Below, piece by piece: positions 45,878 through 55,581 of a DNA stretch of 64,000 bases. Numbering within the stretch: the stretch's first letter is position 1; every line of letters begins with the position of its first letter. The notes beneath the pieces are model-generated. The model made no database searches and was not told where the DNA came from. It saw only the letters and a list, made by a program, of their open reading frames with translations. A program made the translations under genes and the position numbers. Location: assembly GCA_964476835.1 (NCBI GenBank), contig CAYZCE010000008.1, positions 512 through 64,511 of the forward strand. The letters run 5' to 3'. Source of the DNA: an uncultured Rhodospirillaceae bacterium. Its GTDB lineage: Bacteria > Pseudomonadota > Alphaproteobacteria > Micavibrionales > UBA2020.

Positions 45878-46666
45878 ATGATGCTCACCCTCGATATCGG
45901 CGCAACCGGCATGCTGGCACAGCAGCTCAACGTCGACACCATCTCGAACAACATCGCCAACATGACGACGACCGGCTTCAAGCGCCAGCGCGCCAGCTTC
46001 CAGGACTTGCTCTACCAGACCAAGATCCGTCCGGGCGCGTCGTCTTCCGACAGCGACACCACCATCCCGGTCGGCATCCAGCAAGGCCTCGGCGTCAAGG
46101 CCGGCGCGGTCTACCGCATCAACGAGCAGGGCGCGCTGCAGCAGACCAGCAACAAGCTCGACATGGCGATCTCCGGCGAAGGGTACTACCAAGTGCTGCT
46201 GCCGTCGGGCCAGACCGCTTACACCCGCGACGGTTCCTTCCAGCTCAACCAGAACGGCGAAATCGTCTCGGCGCAGGGCTACAAGCTGCAGCCCAGCATC
46301 ACTATCCCGAGCGACGCGACCGACATCACGGTCAACAACTCCGGCCAGGTGCTGGTGAAGCTGCAAGGCCAGACGTCGCTCTCCAACGTCGGCCAGCTCC
46401 AGCTCGCCGTCTTCCCCAACGCAGGCGGCCTTGAATCGATCGGTAACAACCTGAGCACCGAGACGGAAGCTTCCGGCGCCCCCCTCACCGGCAACCCCGC
46501 GCAGTCGGGCTACGGCGAGATCGACCAGGCCTTCCTCGAAGCCTCGAACGTCAACGTGGTCGAAGAAATCACCGCCCTCATCCAGGCGCAGCGCGCCTAC
46601 GAGATGAACTCCAAGGTCATCCAGACGGGCGACCAGATGCTGAACACCATCACGCAGCTGCGCTAA
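45878..46666 (+). CDS. flgG: flagellar basal-body distal rod protein FlgG
   Basis: 262 aa. GATGMLAQQLNVDTISNNIANMTTTGFKRQ and C-terminal FLEASNVNVVEEITALIQAQRAYEMNSKVIQTGDQML. Confidence 0.94.
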   Translation: MMLTLDIGATGMLAQQLNVDTISNNIANMTTTGFKRQRASFQDLLYQTKIRPGASSSDSDTTIPVGIQQGLGVKAGAVYRINEQGALQQTSNKLDMAISGEGYYQVLLPSGQTAYTRDGSFQLNQNGEIVSAQGYKLQPSITIPSDATDITVNNSGQVLVKLQGQTSLSNVGQLQLAVFPNAGGLESIGNNLSTETEASGAPLTGNPAQSGYGEIDQAFLEASNVNVVEEITALIQAQRAYEMNSKVIQTGDQMLNTITQLR

Positions 46667-46683
46667 TTAGGAGAAAATAAGCC

Positions 46684-47625
46684 ATGACGATCAAGTGCCC
46701 TGAACCCAAGAAGCCCCTGAACGCCCGCCTGCTGCTGATGGCGGTCGCCATGACGGCCTCCGTCGTCAGCCACGCCTTCGCGGCGATGCCGAAATCCGAA
46801 AGCGTCATCACCCGCGACCAGGTGACGCTGTCCGACGTCTTCGACGGCGTGACCGAGAACGCGGATTATGTTCTCGCCCCGGCGCCGGACATGGGCCGCA
46901 CGCTGACGCTCAACGTCAACGACCTCAACCGCATCTCGGAGGCCTTCAACCTTGGCTGGCATGCCTCCGCGCCGCAGCAGACCGTCATCCGCCGCTCCGT
47001 CAACGTGATCGGCAGCGCGGACATCAAGGACGCGCTCGTCCGCAGCCTGAAGGAAAAGCTGAGCGGCCAGCGCGTCGACCTCGACCTTGCCGACGCCAAC
47101 GCGACGCTCAAGGTGTCGGGCGAAACCGCGGCGCTGCCTTCCGTGCAGGAACTGCATGTCGATGCGGCGCACAATTCCTTCACCGCAGTGGTCGCTGCCG
47201 GCGATGCGCACCGCGACGTCAGCGGCACCTACTACAGCATCACGCAGCTGCCGGTGCTGAAAACCCCCTTGCGCCCCGGCGACGTGATCGCGAAAAGCGA
47301 CATTGATTTCATCGACGTCCGCTCGACCGACATCAGCGCCGCGATGATCGTGGACACCGGCCACCTCGTCGGCCAGACGCCGAAGCGCGGCCTCTCCGCC
47401 TTTAAGCCGCTGACCGCCAGCGACGTGACCGCGCCGATGGTCATCAAGAAGGGCGACCTCGTCACCATGACGCTGAAAAGCGACATCCTGATGCTGACGA
47501 CGCAAGGCCGCGCGATGGAAGACGGCGCCGCCGGCGACGTCGTGAAAGTGATGAACACCGCCTCCAAACAGACGCTCGACGCAGTCGTGACCGGCCCGCA
47601 AGCGGTCGACGTCCGCGCGCTCTAA
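46684..47625 (+). CDS. flgA: flagellar basal body P-ring formation chaperone FlgA
   Basis: Signal-like N-terminus. SAF-type region PLRPGDVIAKSDIDF and C-terminal GDLVTMTLKSDILMLTTQGRAMEDGAAGDVVKVMNTASKQTLDAVV. Confidence 0.85.
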   Translation: MTIKCPEPKKPLNARLLLMAVAMTASVVSHAFAAMPKSESVITRDQVTLSDVFDGVTENADYVLAPAPDMGRTLTLNVNDLNRISEAFNLGWHASAPQQTVIRRSVNVIGSADIKDALVRSLKEKLSGQRVDLDLADANATLKVSGETAALPSVQELHVDAAHNSFTAVVAAGDAHRDVSGTYYSITQLPVLKTPLRPGDVIAKSDIDFIDVRSTDISAAMIVDTGHLVGQTPKRGLSAFKPLTASDVTAPMVIKKGDLVTMTLKSDILMLTTQGRAMEDGAAGDVVKVMNTASKQTLDAVVTGPQAVDVRAL

Positions 47626-47646
47626 GACCAAGAAAGGGAAGATAAC

Positions 47647-48405
47647 ATGTCCAGCAAAACCGCAAAATTCCTGACCCACGCGACCTGCCTCGTCGCCGTC
47701 ATGGCGCTCTCCGCCTGCGGGATCTCTGACCGCCTCTCCTACGTCGGCAAGCCGCCCGCGATGGACAAGATCGAGAACCCCTACGAACAGGCCGACTACA
47801 AGCCGGTCTCCATGCCAATGCCGCCGGTCGTCGCGCAGAATACCGAGATGAACTCGCTCTGGCAGCCGGGCCGCTCGACCTTCTTCAAGGACCAGCGCGC
47901 CAACAAGGTCGGCGACATCCTGACCGTCCTCATCAATATCAAGGATATCGCCAACCTCAAGAACAAGACCGAACGCACCCGCGACAGCAACGACAGCGTC
48001 GGCGTGCCGAACATGTTGGGCTTTGAAACGAAGCTGGGCAAGGTTCTGCCGGATGCGGTCGACCCGTCGTCGCTCGTCAAGGCCAACTCCGCCTCCACCT
48101 CCACCGGCGACGGCAAGATCGAGCGCGGCGAGGAGATCAACCTCAAGCTCGCCGCCACCGTCGTGCAGGTGCTGCCCAACGGCAACTTCGTGCTGCAGGG
48201 CCGCCAGCAGGTGCGCGTGAACGCCGAACTGCGCGACCTCGCGCTGCAAGGCGTCATCCGCCCCGAGGACATCCTCAACAACAACTCCATCTCTTACGAG
48301 AAGATCGCAGAAGCGCGCATCATGTACGGCGGCAAGGGCTCGCTCGCCGACATCCAGACGCCGCGCTACGGTCAGCAGTTCTTCGACGCGGTCTTCCCCT
48401 TCTAA
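47647..48405 (+). CDS. flgH: flagellar L-ring lipoprotein FlgH
   Basis: Lipobox VMALSAC-G. FlgH core SLWQPGRSTFFKDQRANKVGDILTVLI and VLPNGNFVLQGRQQVRVNAE. Confidence 0.93.
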   Translation: MSSKTAKFLTHATCLVAVMALSACGISDRLSYVGKPPAMDKIENPYEQADYKPVSMPMPPVVAQNTEMNSLWQPGRSTFFKDQRANKVGDILTVLINIKDIANLKNKTERTRDSNDSVGVPNMLGFETKLGKVLPDAVDPSSLVKANSASTSTGDGKIERGEEINLKLAATVVQVLPNGNFVLQGRQQVRVNAELRDLALQGVIRPEDILNNNSISYEKIAEARIMYGGKGSLADIQTPRYGQQFFDAVFPF

Positions 48406-48451
48406 GGGCGCGTCTCCTCCTTCCACCCCACCACCACCCACCCACCTTGAA

Positions 48452-48485
48452 AGGGCCGATGCGTTGTCATCGGCCCTCTTTTTTT
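48452..48485 (+). terminator. rho-independent terminator after flgH
   Basis: AGGGCCGATG-cgttgt-CATCGGCCCT followed by CTTTTTTT. Confidence 0.78.
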
Positions 48486-48552
48486 GCGGTGGAAATGTGT
48501 CTATACTTCACGTCTTCGGTATTTTCCGTGGGGATAAAAGGACTTTTTAGTT

Positions 48553-50259
48553 ATGGAACAAGCCAAGCGGCAGCTTTTCGAGAACGATCAGTGGTTGTGG
48601 GAAAAGCATTATCCCAAGGGCCTCAGCTGGCGCATTCCGCTGCTCAAGAAGCCGTTGTTCCACATCCTCGACCGCGCGGCGGCGCAGTATCCGCACAACG
48701 ACCTCTGCATCTTCCAGGGCAGGGCGTTCACGTATGAAAAGATCGCGCAGATGGCCGACCGCGTCGCGGCGGGCCTGCAGAAGATCGGCGTGAAGAAGGG
48801 CGTCAAGGTCGGCCTGTTCCTGCCCAACATGCCGTATTCGGTCGCGTTCTATTTCGGCATCCTCAAGGCCGGCGGCACGGTCGTGAACTACAACCCGCTC
48901 TATGTCGACCGCGAGCTGAGCAACCAGATCGGCGACAGCGGCACCGACATCATGGTGACGACCGACCTCAAGTTCCTCACCGACAAGATGGAGAAGATGC
49001 TGGCGACGACCCAGCTCAAGAAAGTCATCGTCTGCCCGATGGCCGACGTGCTGCCATTCCCCAAGAACATCCTCTACCCGCTCGTCAAGATGAAGGACAT
49101 CTCGCACGTCACATACGACGAGCGCCATATCTCCTTCAAGGCGCTGGCCGACAACGACGGCAAGTACGAGCCCGTGCATGTCGACGCCGACGACATCGCC
49201 GTGCTGCAATATACCGGCGGCACCACCGGCGTGCCGAAGGGCGCGATGCTGACGCACGGCAACGTCTATGCCAATGTGCAGCAGACACTTGGCTGGGTCG
49301 GCAGCATCATGACGCCGGGCGAAGAGGTGATGATGGGCGTGCTGCCGCTCTTCCACGTCTTCGGGATGACCGTCGTCATGCACTGCTCGCTGTGGATGGG
49401 CATGAAGATCGTCCTGCTGCCCAAGTTCTCGGCAGAGGAAATGATCAAGGCCATCCGCGACAACAAGGCGACCTTCGTGCCCGCGGTGCCGTCGATCTTC
49501 AACGCGATCGCCGTCAACCCGACCTTACGCAAGACCGATTTCGACAGCGTCAAGTTCTGCATGTCGGGCGGCGCGCCGCTGCCGGGCGACGTCCAGCGCC
49601 TGTTCACCGAGAAGACCGGCTGCACGCACATCGGCGAAGGCTACGGCCTCTCGGAAACTTCGCCGGTCGCCTGCTTCAACCCGCCGGTCGGCAAGATCAA
49701 GCCGGGCACCGTCGGCCTGCCGATCCCCGGCACCGTCGTCGAGATCCTGAGCCTTGAGGACAGCGCGACGCCCATGCCCGTCGGCGAAAAGGGCGAGGTC
49801 TGCATCAGCGGCCCGCAGGTGATGAAGGGCTATTACAACAAGCCCGAGGAAACCGCCGCCGTGCTGAAACGCGGCCGCCTGCACACGGGCGACGTCGGTT
49901 TCATCGACGACGAAGGCTACCTGCACCTCGTCGACCGCATCAAGGACATGATCATCGTGCGCGGCTATAAAGTGTACCCGCGCTTCGTCGAGGAAGCGCT
50001 CTACAAGCACCCCGGCGTTGAGGAATGCATCGTCGCCGGCGTCGCCGACGCGGAACGCGGCGAGACCGTGCGCGCCTGGATCAAGCCCGCCGCCGGTTAC
50101 GTGCTGACGGAAGACGAGCTGAAGGCGTTCCTGCACGACAAGGTCTCGCCGATCGAGATCCCGCGCCAGATCGTCATCCGCACCACGCCGCTGCCGAAGA
50201 CGGCGGTCGGCAAACTGTCCAAGAAAGACCTGCTCGCCCAAGAAGGGTTGAGCCGCTAA
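48553..50259 (+). CDS. long-chain fatty acid--CoA ligase, FadD-like, copy 2
   Basis: 568 aa. LQYTGGTTGVPKGA, GEGYGLSETSP, TGDVGFIDDEGY and GKLSKKDL. Confidence 0.9.
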   Translation: MEQAKRQLFENDQWLWEKHYPKGLSWRIPLLKKPLFHILDRAAAQYPHNDLCIFQGRAFTYEKIAQMADRVAAGLQKIGVKKGVKVGLFLPNMPYSVAFYFGILKAGGTVVNYNPLYVDRELSNQIGDSGTDIMVTTDLKFLTDKMEKMLATTQLKKVIVCPMADVLPFPKNILYPLVKMKDISHVTYDERHISFKALADNDGKYEPVHVDADDIAVLQYTGGTTGVPKGAMLTHGNVYANVQQTLGWVGSIMTPGEEVMMGVLPLFHVFGMTVVMHCSLWMGMKIVLLPKFSAEEMIKAIRDNKATFVPAVPSIFNAIAVNPTLRKTDFDSVKFCMSGGAPLPGDVQRLFTEKTGCTHIGEGYGLSETSPVACFNPPVGKIKPGTVGLPIPGTVVEILSLEDSATPMPVGEKGEVCISGPQVMKGYYNKPEETAAVLKRGRLHTGDVGFIDDEGYLHLVDRIKDMIIVRGYKVYPRFVEEALYKHPGVEECIVAGVADAERGETVRAWIKPAAGYVLTEDELKAFLHDKVSPIEIPRQIVIRTTPLPKTAVGKLSKKDLLAQEGLSR

Positions 50260-50272
50260 GGGAGGAACCACC

Positions 50273-51943
50273 ATGGATCAAGCTGCATTGAAAAACCCCG
50301 CTGCGTCCGCCATGCCTTGGCTCAAGAGCTATCCGCACGGCGTCGACGCGCAGTTGACGGTGCCGGAAAAGCCACTGCCTGTCTTCCTGACGGAAGCTGT
50401 CGCCCGCTTTGGCGACAAGACGGCAGTCACGTTCGGCGGCCGGGATTATTCTTATGCGACGCTGGCCTCGCTGGTCGACCGCGCGACCGTGGGCCTGCAA
50501 AAACTTGGCGTGAAGAAGGGCGTCAAGGTCGGCCTTTTCATGCCGAACTCGGCCTATTCCATCGTCATGTACTACGCGATCCTGAAATCAGGCGCGACGG
50601 TCGTCAACTACAACCCCATCTATGCCGAGCGCGACCTGATCTTCCAGGCCGAGGACAGCGAAACGGACATCTTCGTCACCCTCGACCAGCCGCAGCTGAT
50701 CGATAAATCGCGCGCGCTGATCGACAAGACGCGCGTCAACCGCGCCATCGTCTGTTCGCACGCGCAGGACATGTCGGCCTCGACCAAGACCCTGGAATTG
50801 CCCGCCGACATCACCTGGTTCTGCGACCTCATCGCAAACGACGGCAAGCCGGCGCCTGCCGCGATCGACTTCGCCAACGACATCGCCGTGCTGCAATATA
50901 CCGGCGGCACCACCGGCACGCCCAAGGGGGCTGTGCTGACGCACCGCAATATCGTGGCCAACGCCATCCAGATCGGCGCGTGGTTCCACCTGATCGAGGA
51001 CGGCAAGGACAGCATGATCGCCGTGCTGCCCCTGTTCCACGTCTATGCGATGACCGTCTTGATGAACATGTGCCTGATGCACGGCATGCGCATCTTCCTG
51101 ATGCCGCAATTCGACATGAAGGAAATGATTCATCTGGTCGAGACGGAAAAGCCGTCGTTCCTCTGCGGCGTGCCGACCATCTTCATGGCCATCGCCAACC
51201 ACGACCGCGCGGGCGACGGGATGTTCTCGTGCCTCAAGGCCTGCGTCTCGGGCGGCGCGCCGCTGCCGGTCGAGGTCAAGTCCGCGTTCGAGGCGCGCAC
51301 CGGCGTCAAGCTGCTCGTCGAAGGCTACGGCCTGACGGAAGCCTCGCCCGTCGTCTCCTTCAACCCGATGACGGACAAGCTGCGTCCCGGTTCCGTCGGC
51401 CTGCCGGTGACCGGCACGGTGGTCGAGATCGTCAACCTCGACGACGGCGTCACGGCGCTCAAGCCCGGCGAAAAGGGCGAGATCTGCGTGCGGGGCCCGC
51501 AAGTGATGCAGGGCTATTACAAGAAGCCCGCAGAAACCGCCGCCGTCATCCGCAACGGCCGCCTGCACACGGGCGATGTCGGCTACATGGACGACGACGG
51601 TTATATCTTCATCGTCGACCGCATCAAGGACCTGATCTTGGTCAGCGGCTACAACGTCTATCCGCGCCACGTGGAAGAGGCAATCTACACGCACCCGGCC
51701 GTCAAGGAATGCATCGTCGCCGGCGTGCCCGACAAGCTGCGCGGCGAAGTGCCGCATGCGTGGGTCAAGCCTGTCGACGGCAACCCGCTGGATGCCGAGA
51801 CGCTGCGCGCCTACCTGCAGGACAAGCTTTCGCCCATCGAGATGCCGAAGAAGATCATCGTGCGCGACGAGCCGCTGCCGAAGACGGCGGTCGGCAAGCT
51901 CTCGAAACGCGACTTGCTCGTGCAGGAAGGCTACGCGAAGTAA
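50273..51943 (+). CDS. long-chain fatty acid--CoA ligase, FadD-like, copy 3 (tandem paralog)
   Basis: 556 aa. LQYTGGTTGTPKGA, EGYGLTEASP, TGDVGYMDDDGY and GKLSKRDL. Lies 13 nt downstream of copy 2. Confidence 0.9.
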   Translation: MDQAALKNPAASAMPWLKSYPHGVDAQLTVPEKPLPVFLTEAVARFGDKTAVTFGGRDYSYATLASLVDRATVGLQKLGVKKGVKVGLFMPNSAYSIVMYYAILKSGATVVNYNPIYAERDLIFQAEDSETDIFVTLDQPQLIDKSRALIDKTRVNRAIVCSHAQDMSASTKTLELPADITWFCDLIANDGKPAPAAIDFANDIAVLQYTGGTTGTPKGAVLTHRNIVANAIQIGAWFHLIEDGKDSMIAVLPLFHVYAMTVLMNMCLMHGMRIFLMPQFDMKEMIHLVETEKPSFLCGVPTIFMAIANHDRAGDGMFSCLKACVSGGAPLPVEVKSAFEARTGVKLLVEGYGLTEASPVVSFNPMTDKLRPGSVGLPVTGTVVEIVNLDDGVTALKPGEKGEICVRGPQVMQGYYKKPAETAAVIRNGRLHTGDVGYMDDDGYIFIVDRIKDLILVSGYNVYPRHVEEAIYTHPAVKECIVAGVPDKLRGEVPHAWVKPVDGNPLDAETLRAYLQDKLSPIEMPKKIIVRDEPLPKTAVGKLSKRDLLVQEGYAK

Positions 51944-51946
51944 CGC

Positions 51947-52843
51947 TTACTTCTTTTTCTTTTTCGGCCAGCGGTTGTGGATCCAGAGCCACTGGCCCGG
52001 GCGGGCGCGGACCCAATCCTCGAAATGACGGTTGATGGTGGTGAGGACCTCGCGCTGGGCTTCGGCCTTGTCCGCGGCGGCGGGCATGTCTATCGCCGGC
52101 AGCACGGTGACGCGGAAATGGCTGCCCCGCAGGCGTTCGATGCGCACCGGGTGCACGGGGCACCTGAACTTCAGCGCGAAAGCGGCAATCGCGGGCGCGG
52201 TCATCGCGTCGATCCCGAAGAACGGGATAGCCATGCCTTCGTTCAATTTCTGATCCATCATGATGCCGAGCGCCTCGCCGCGCTTGAGCACGGCCAGCAT
52301 CTCGCGCGCGCCTTCCGCGCCCTTGGGGATCAGGCCGACGGCGCCGGCGCCGCGCGCATGCGCGAGCAGGCTTTCGACGCCTGGATTGTTCGGGCGGCGG
52401 TAGACCGGATAGACCCGGATGCCCGCCTGCTTAACCGCGATCGAGCAGATTTCCCAATTGGCGATATGCGCGGCGAAGAAGATCGACGCCTTGCCCGATG
52501 TTGCCGCCGCCTCGAGGTGTTTGTGCCCGACGATCTCGACGTTGTCGGCGATGTGGCCGAGGTGCGGATATTCCGCCATGACGCGGCCGAGATTGTCCCA
52601 GACTTCGCGGACGATCTGGCGGCGTTGCTCCATCGTCGTCTCCGGCATCACGCGGGCGAGGTTGGCGTAAGCGACCTCAGTGGAGGGAAAGAAGCGGCCG
52701 AAGGTGCGTCCGATCCAGCCCCCGGCGGCGGAAGCGACCGGCAGCGGCAACACGCGGAAGAAGGCGTAGATGATATAGACGCCCAAGGTCTCCAGCGCAT
52801 AGCGGAAGCGCACGACCGGCGGAAGGCGGCGAGGATCGGTCAT
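51947..52843 (-). CDS. lpxL: lipid A biosynthesis late (lauroyl/myristoyl-type) acyltransferase, LpxL/HtrB family
   Basis: Trimmed to MTDPRRL (ATGA overlap with the lpxK stop). HIANWE (H-x4-E/D acyltransferase motif). Typical C-terminus PGQWLWIHNRW. Confidence 0.82.
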   Translation of the reverse strand: MTDPRRLPPVVRFRYALETLGVYIIYAFFRVLPLPVASAAGGWIGRTFGRFFPSTEVAYANLARVMPETTMEQRRQIVREVWDNLGRVMAEYPHLGHIADNVEIVGHKHLEAAATSGKASIFFAAHIANWEICSIAVKQAGIRVYPVYRRPNNPGVESLLAHARGAGAVGLIPKGAEGAREMLAVLKRGEALGIMMDQKLNEGMAIPFFGIDAMTAPAIAAFALKFRCPVHPVRIERLRGSHFRVTVLPAIDMPAAADKAEAQREVLTTINRHFEDWVRARPGQWLWIHNRWPKKKKK

Positions 52844-53844
52844 GTCATCCTTTTGCGCAGGGCCTGCTCGATCATCGCGGTCAGCGTCGCAGGATCGTCC
52901 CATGAGATGCGGATCGCGAACTTGTCGATGCGCCCGCGCAGCTTCGCGGGCAGGCGCACATGGTCCTTGGTCGTCGTCACGACGGGCATGCCTGCCGCAT
53001 CGGCGCGCGCGACGATCTCGGCCAAGTCCTCGTCGTCGTAAGGGAAGTGGTCGGGAAATTCCATCCAGTCGACAACGTCCGCGCCGGCTTCCTCAAGCGT
53101 CTCGCGGAATTTCTGCGGACGGCCGATGCCGGCGAAGGCGGCGATTTTCCTGCCGCGCAGGTCGGGGTTGGCCGGGTCGGGCAGGGTGGAGGCCGTCAGG
53201 ATCGGCACGCTGTTGAGGCGGCGGATGTAATCGGCGATGCCTGTCTTGTCCTTGCCGACGATGACGACCGCGTCCGCGCGCGACAGGCCGAAGGCCGCGT
53301 CTTCGCGCAAAGGACCCGCCGGCATGACGCGGCGGTTGCCGAAGCCCGCGCCGCCGTCGACCACGACGAGCGAGAAATCCTTGTAGATGACCGGATTCTG
53401 GAAGCCGTCGTCCATCACGACGATATTGGCGCCGCTGTCCATCGCGTCCTGCGCGCCGATCGGGCGGTTGGCGGAAACCCAGGTGGGCGCGGCTTCAACC
53501 AGCAGAAGCGCTTCGTCGCCGACATCCGAGGCGGTATCGCGCGAGGGAGCGACCTGCAAAGGCCCCGTCTCGGTGCCGCCGTAGCCGCGCGTCAGCAGGT
53601 GGGGGTTGAATCCGCGTTCCTGCAGCAGCTTGGTCAGCGACAGCACGACTGGCGTTTTTCCAGCGCCGCCTGCGACGAGGTTGCCGACGCAGATGATCGG
53701 GCGCGTCATCGGCACCGGGAAATAAAGGTCGAACTTTTTGCGCGTCAGCCAGCCGTAGATGCGGCCGAACGGCGACAGCAGGGTCTTGCGCGCGATGTCG
53801 CCGAAGGTCTTCTGCCGGTACCAGAAATCGGGCGCGTTGATCAT
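52840..53844 (-). CDS. lpxK: tetraacyldisaccharide 4'-kinase
   Basis: FWYRQ...LLSPFGRIYG and P-loop VGNLVAGGAGKTP. Confidence 0.92.
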   Translation of the reverse strand: MINAPDFWYRQKTFGDIARKTLLSPFGRIYGWLTRKKFDLYFPVPMTRPIICVGNLVAGGAGKTPVVLSLTKLLQERGFNPHLLTRGYGGTETGPLQVAPSRDTASDVGDEALLLVEAAPTWVSANRPIGAQDAMDSGANIVVMDDGFQNPVIYKDFSLVVVDGGAGFGNRRVMPAGPLREDAAFGLSRADAVVIVGKDKTGIADYIRRLNSVPILTASTLPDPANPDLRGRKIAAFAGIGRPQKFRETLEEAGADVVDWMEFPDHFPYDDEDLAEIVARADAAGMPVVTTTKDHVRLPAKLRGRIDKFAIRISWDDPATLTAMIEQALRKRMT

Positions 53845-55118
53845 GCGGCTCTCCTTGCGGCAGGGATGAGGGGGATGATCGCGCCCGCGACGCCGTCGGC
53901 GACATGCGCCTGTTCGTCCGTCCAGCGCTTCGCGGCGTCGCGCACGGAGGTGAAATCCTGCGGACTGGCCAGCGCCTCGGCGGCGAGCCTGGCCATCTCG
54001 TCCTCGCCCTGCGCGCGCACGGCGGCGCCGCGGCTTTCAAAATCCTCGCAGATGGAGACGAAGTTGAACATGTGCGGGCCGTAGAAAATCTGGCAGCCGA
54101 GCTGCGCCGGCTCGATCGGGTTGTGGCCGCCGTGCGCGACGAAAGAGCCGCCGATGATGCAGAAAGGCGCGAGACGGTAGAGCATTCCCATCTCGCCCAT
54201 TGTGTCGGCGATATAAGCATCGTCCGCGGCTTGCGGCAGTGCGCCCGTGGAGCGTTGTTGCGCCTGAAGTTGCTGTGCTGCGGCGAGCGCTGCAATCTCC
54301 GCGCCGCGCTTGGGGTGGCGCGGGGCGATGATGGTCAGCAGATCGGGCGCCGCGTCGCGTAGTTTCTTGTGCAGGCGGAAGGCGACATCCTCTTCGCCGG
54401 GATGCGTCGATGCCCAGAGCGCGAGCGAGCGCCCTGCCACGGCTTGCTTCAGTTTTTCCAGTTGAGCGCCGTCGAACGGCAACGGCTGCGCGGCGTATTT
54501 GAGGTTGCCTGAAACCGTGACGGCAGGGGCGCCGAGTTGCGTCAGGCGCGCCGCTTCCGCGCCGTTCTGGGCGAGGCAGAGCGTAAAGGCCTTGAGGATG
54601 CGCCCCATCATGCCGAAGCTGCACTTCCAGCGGCGGAAGGATTTCTCCGACATGCGCGCATTGACGAGCACGGCGGGAATTTTGCGTGATTGCACCTGCG
54701 CCAGCATGTTCGGCCAGAAATCGGATTCCGCCCATACGACAAGGTCGGGCCGCCAGTGGTCGAGGAACCGCGCGGCCCATGCGGGATGGTCGACGGGAAT
54801 ATATTGGTGGAAAGCGCGCGGCGGCAAACGGTCGGCCATCAGGCGCGCGGAAGTGACGGTGCCGGTCGTCACCATGACCTCGATGTCGGGCCTTGCCGCG
54901 AGCAGGCGGGCGATGGGCGCGAGCAGGGAGAGCGACTCGCCCACGCTGGCGCCATGGAACCAGACCAGTGGCGCGGTCCCACGCGGGCGCGACGCGATGC
55001 CGTGACGCTCGTCGAAACGGCTTGCGTCTTCGCGGCCGGCTTTCATGCGGCGGCGCAGGTACATTTCCAGCACCGGCGTCGCGCAAATCATCAGGCTTTT
55101 ATAGAGTGACAGCAACAT
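53841..55118 (-). CDS. waaA: 3-deoxy-D-manno-octulosonic acid (Kdo) transferase
   Basis: Trimmed to MLLSLYKSLMICATPVLEMYLRRR. Also has VWFHGASVGESLS and GGSFVAHGGHNPIEPA. The longer ORF to 55466 has no support. Confidence 0.92.
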   Translation of the reverse strand: MLLSLYKSLMICATPVLEMYLRRRMKAGREDASRFDERHGIASRPRGTAPLVWFHGASVGESLSLLAPIARLLAARPDIEVMVTTGTVTSARLMADRLPPRAFHQYIPVDHPAWAARFLDHWRPDLVVWAESDFWPNMLAQVQSRKIPAVLVNARMSEKSFRRWKCSFGMMGRILKAFTLCLAQNGAEAARLTQLGAPAVTVSGNLKYAAQPLPFDGAQLEKLKQAVAGRSLALWASTHPGEEDVAFRLHKKLRDAAPDLLTIIAPRHPKRGAEIAALAAAQQLQAQQRSTGALPQAADDAYIADTMGEMGMLYRLAPFCIIGGSFVAHGGHNPIEPAQLGCQIFYGPHMFNFVSICEDFESRGAAVRAQGEDEMARLAAEALASPQDFTSVRDAAKRWTDEQAHVADGVAGAIIPLIPAARRAA

Positions 55119-55207
55119 CGCCCCAGAATCCGGGGAAATCCGGAGAAAAACAAGCTTTTCTTGGCAAAACCCCGGAAGACGGCATAAAATGGAGGAAGGG
55201 GGACGGC

Positions 55208-55489
55208 ATGGACAAAAAACAGCAGGCCATCGCGGAATTGAAGCGCCAGATGCAACTGGCGAAGGAACGTCTCGGCCCCGAAGGGCTGAAGCAGCTCGAA
55301 GCCCTTGCCCGCGCCCAGCAATCCGGCATGAAGCCGGCCCTGCCCAAGCCGCAGGCCCTGCCGCCCGGCATGGTGCTGTATGACCGTCAGGCGGCTGCTC
55401 GCGCGCTGGAGATTTTCCTGAATAACCACGGCGACCCCGAAGAGTTCGAACGCCGCCTGCGTGCATTGATCAAGCAGAAAAGCCATTGA
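55208..55489 (+). CDS. small hypothetical protein (93 aa, helical)
   Basis: GGAGGA lies 8-13 nt upstream of ATG 55208. Divergent from waaA. No recognisable domain. Confidence 0.5.
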   Translation: MDKKQQAIAELKRQMQLAKERLGPEGLKQLEALARAQQSGMKPALPKPQALPPGMVLYDRQAAARALEIFLNNHGDPEEFERRLRALIKQKSH

Positions 55490-55581
55490 AGCCCTCATTT
55501 ATGTCAATGCTAAAGCGTTGGCCGCGAGCGCGCTGCCTGTGCTAAAACAGGCTTGATCTGGTTTCTTTTTCCAAGGCTCCC

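Noticed and set aside
46663-48441. 592-aa minus-strand ORF antisense to flgA/flgH
   Set aside because: Antisense shadow ORF. The plus-strand genes have a lipobox, signal peptides and flagellar family motifs.
48423-48446. C/A-rich tract CCACCCCACCACCACCCACCCACC just after flgH
   Set aside because: Short low-complexity run immediately before a good intrinsic terminator. It has no repeat-unit regularity or second copy, so it is treated as incidental.
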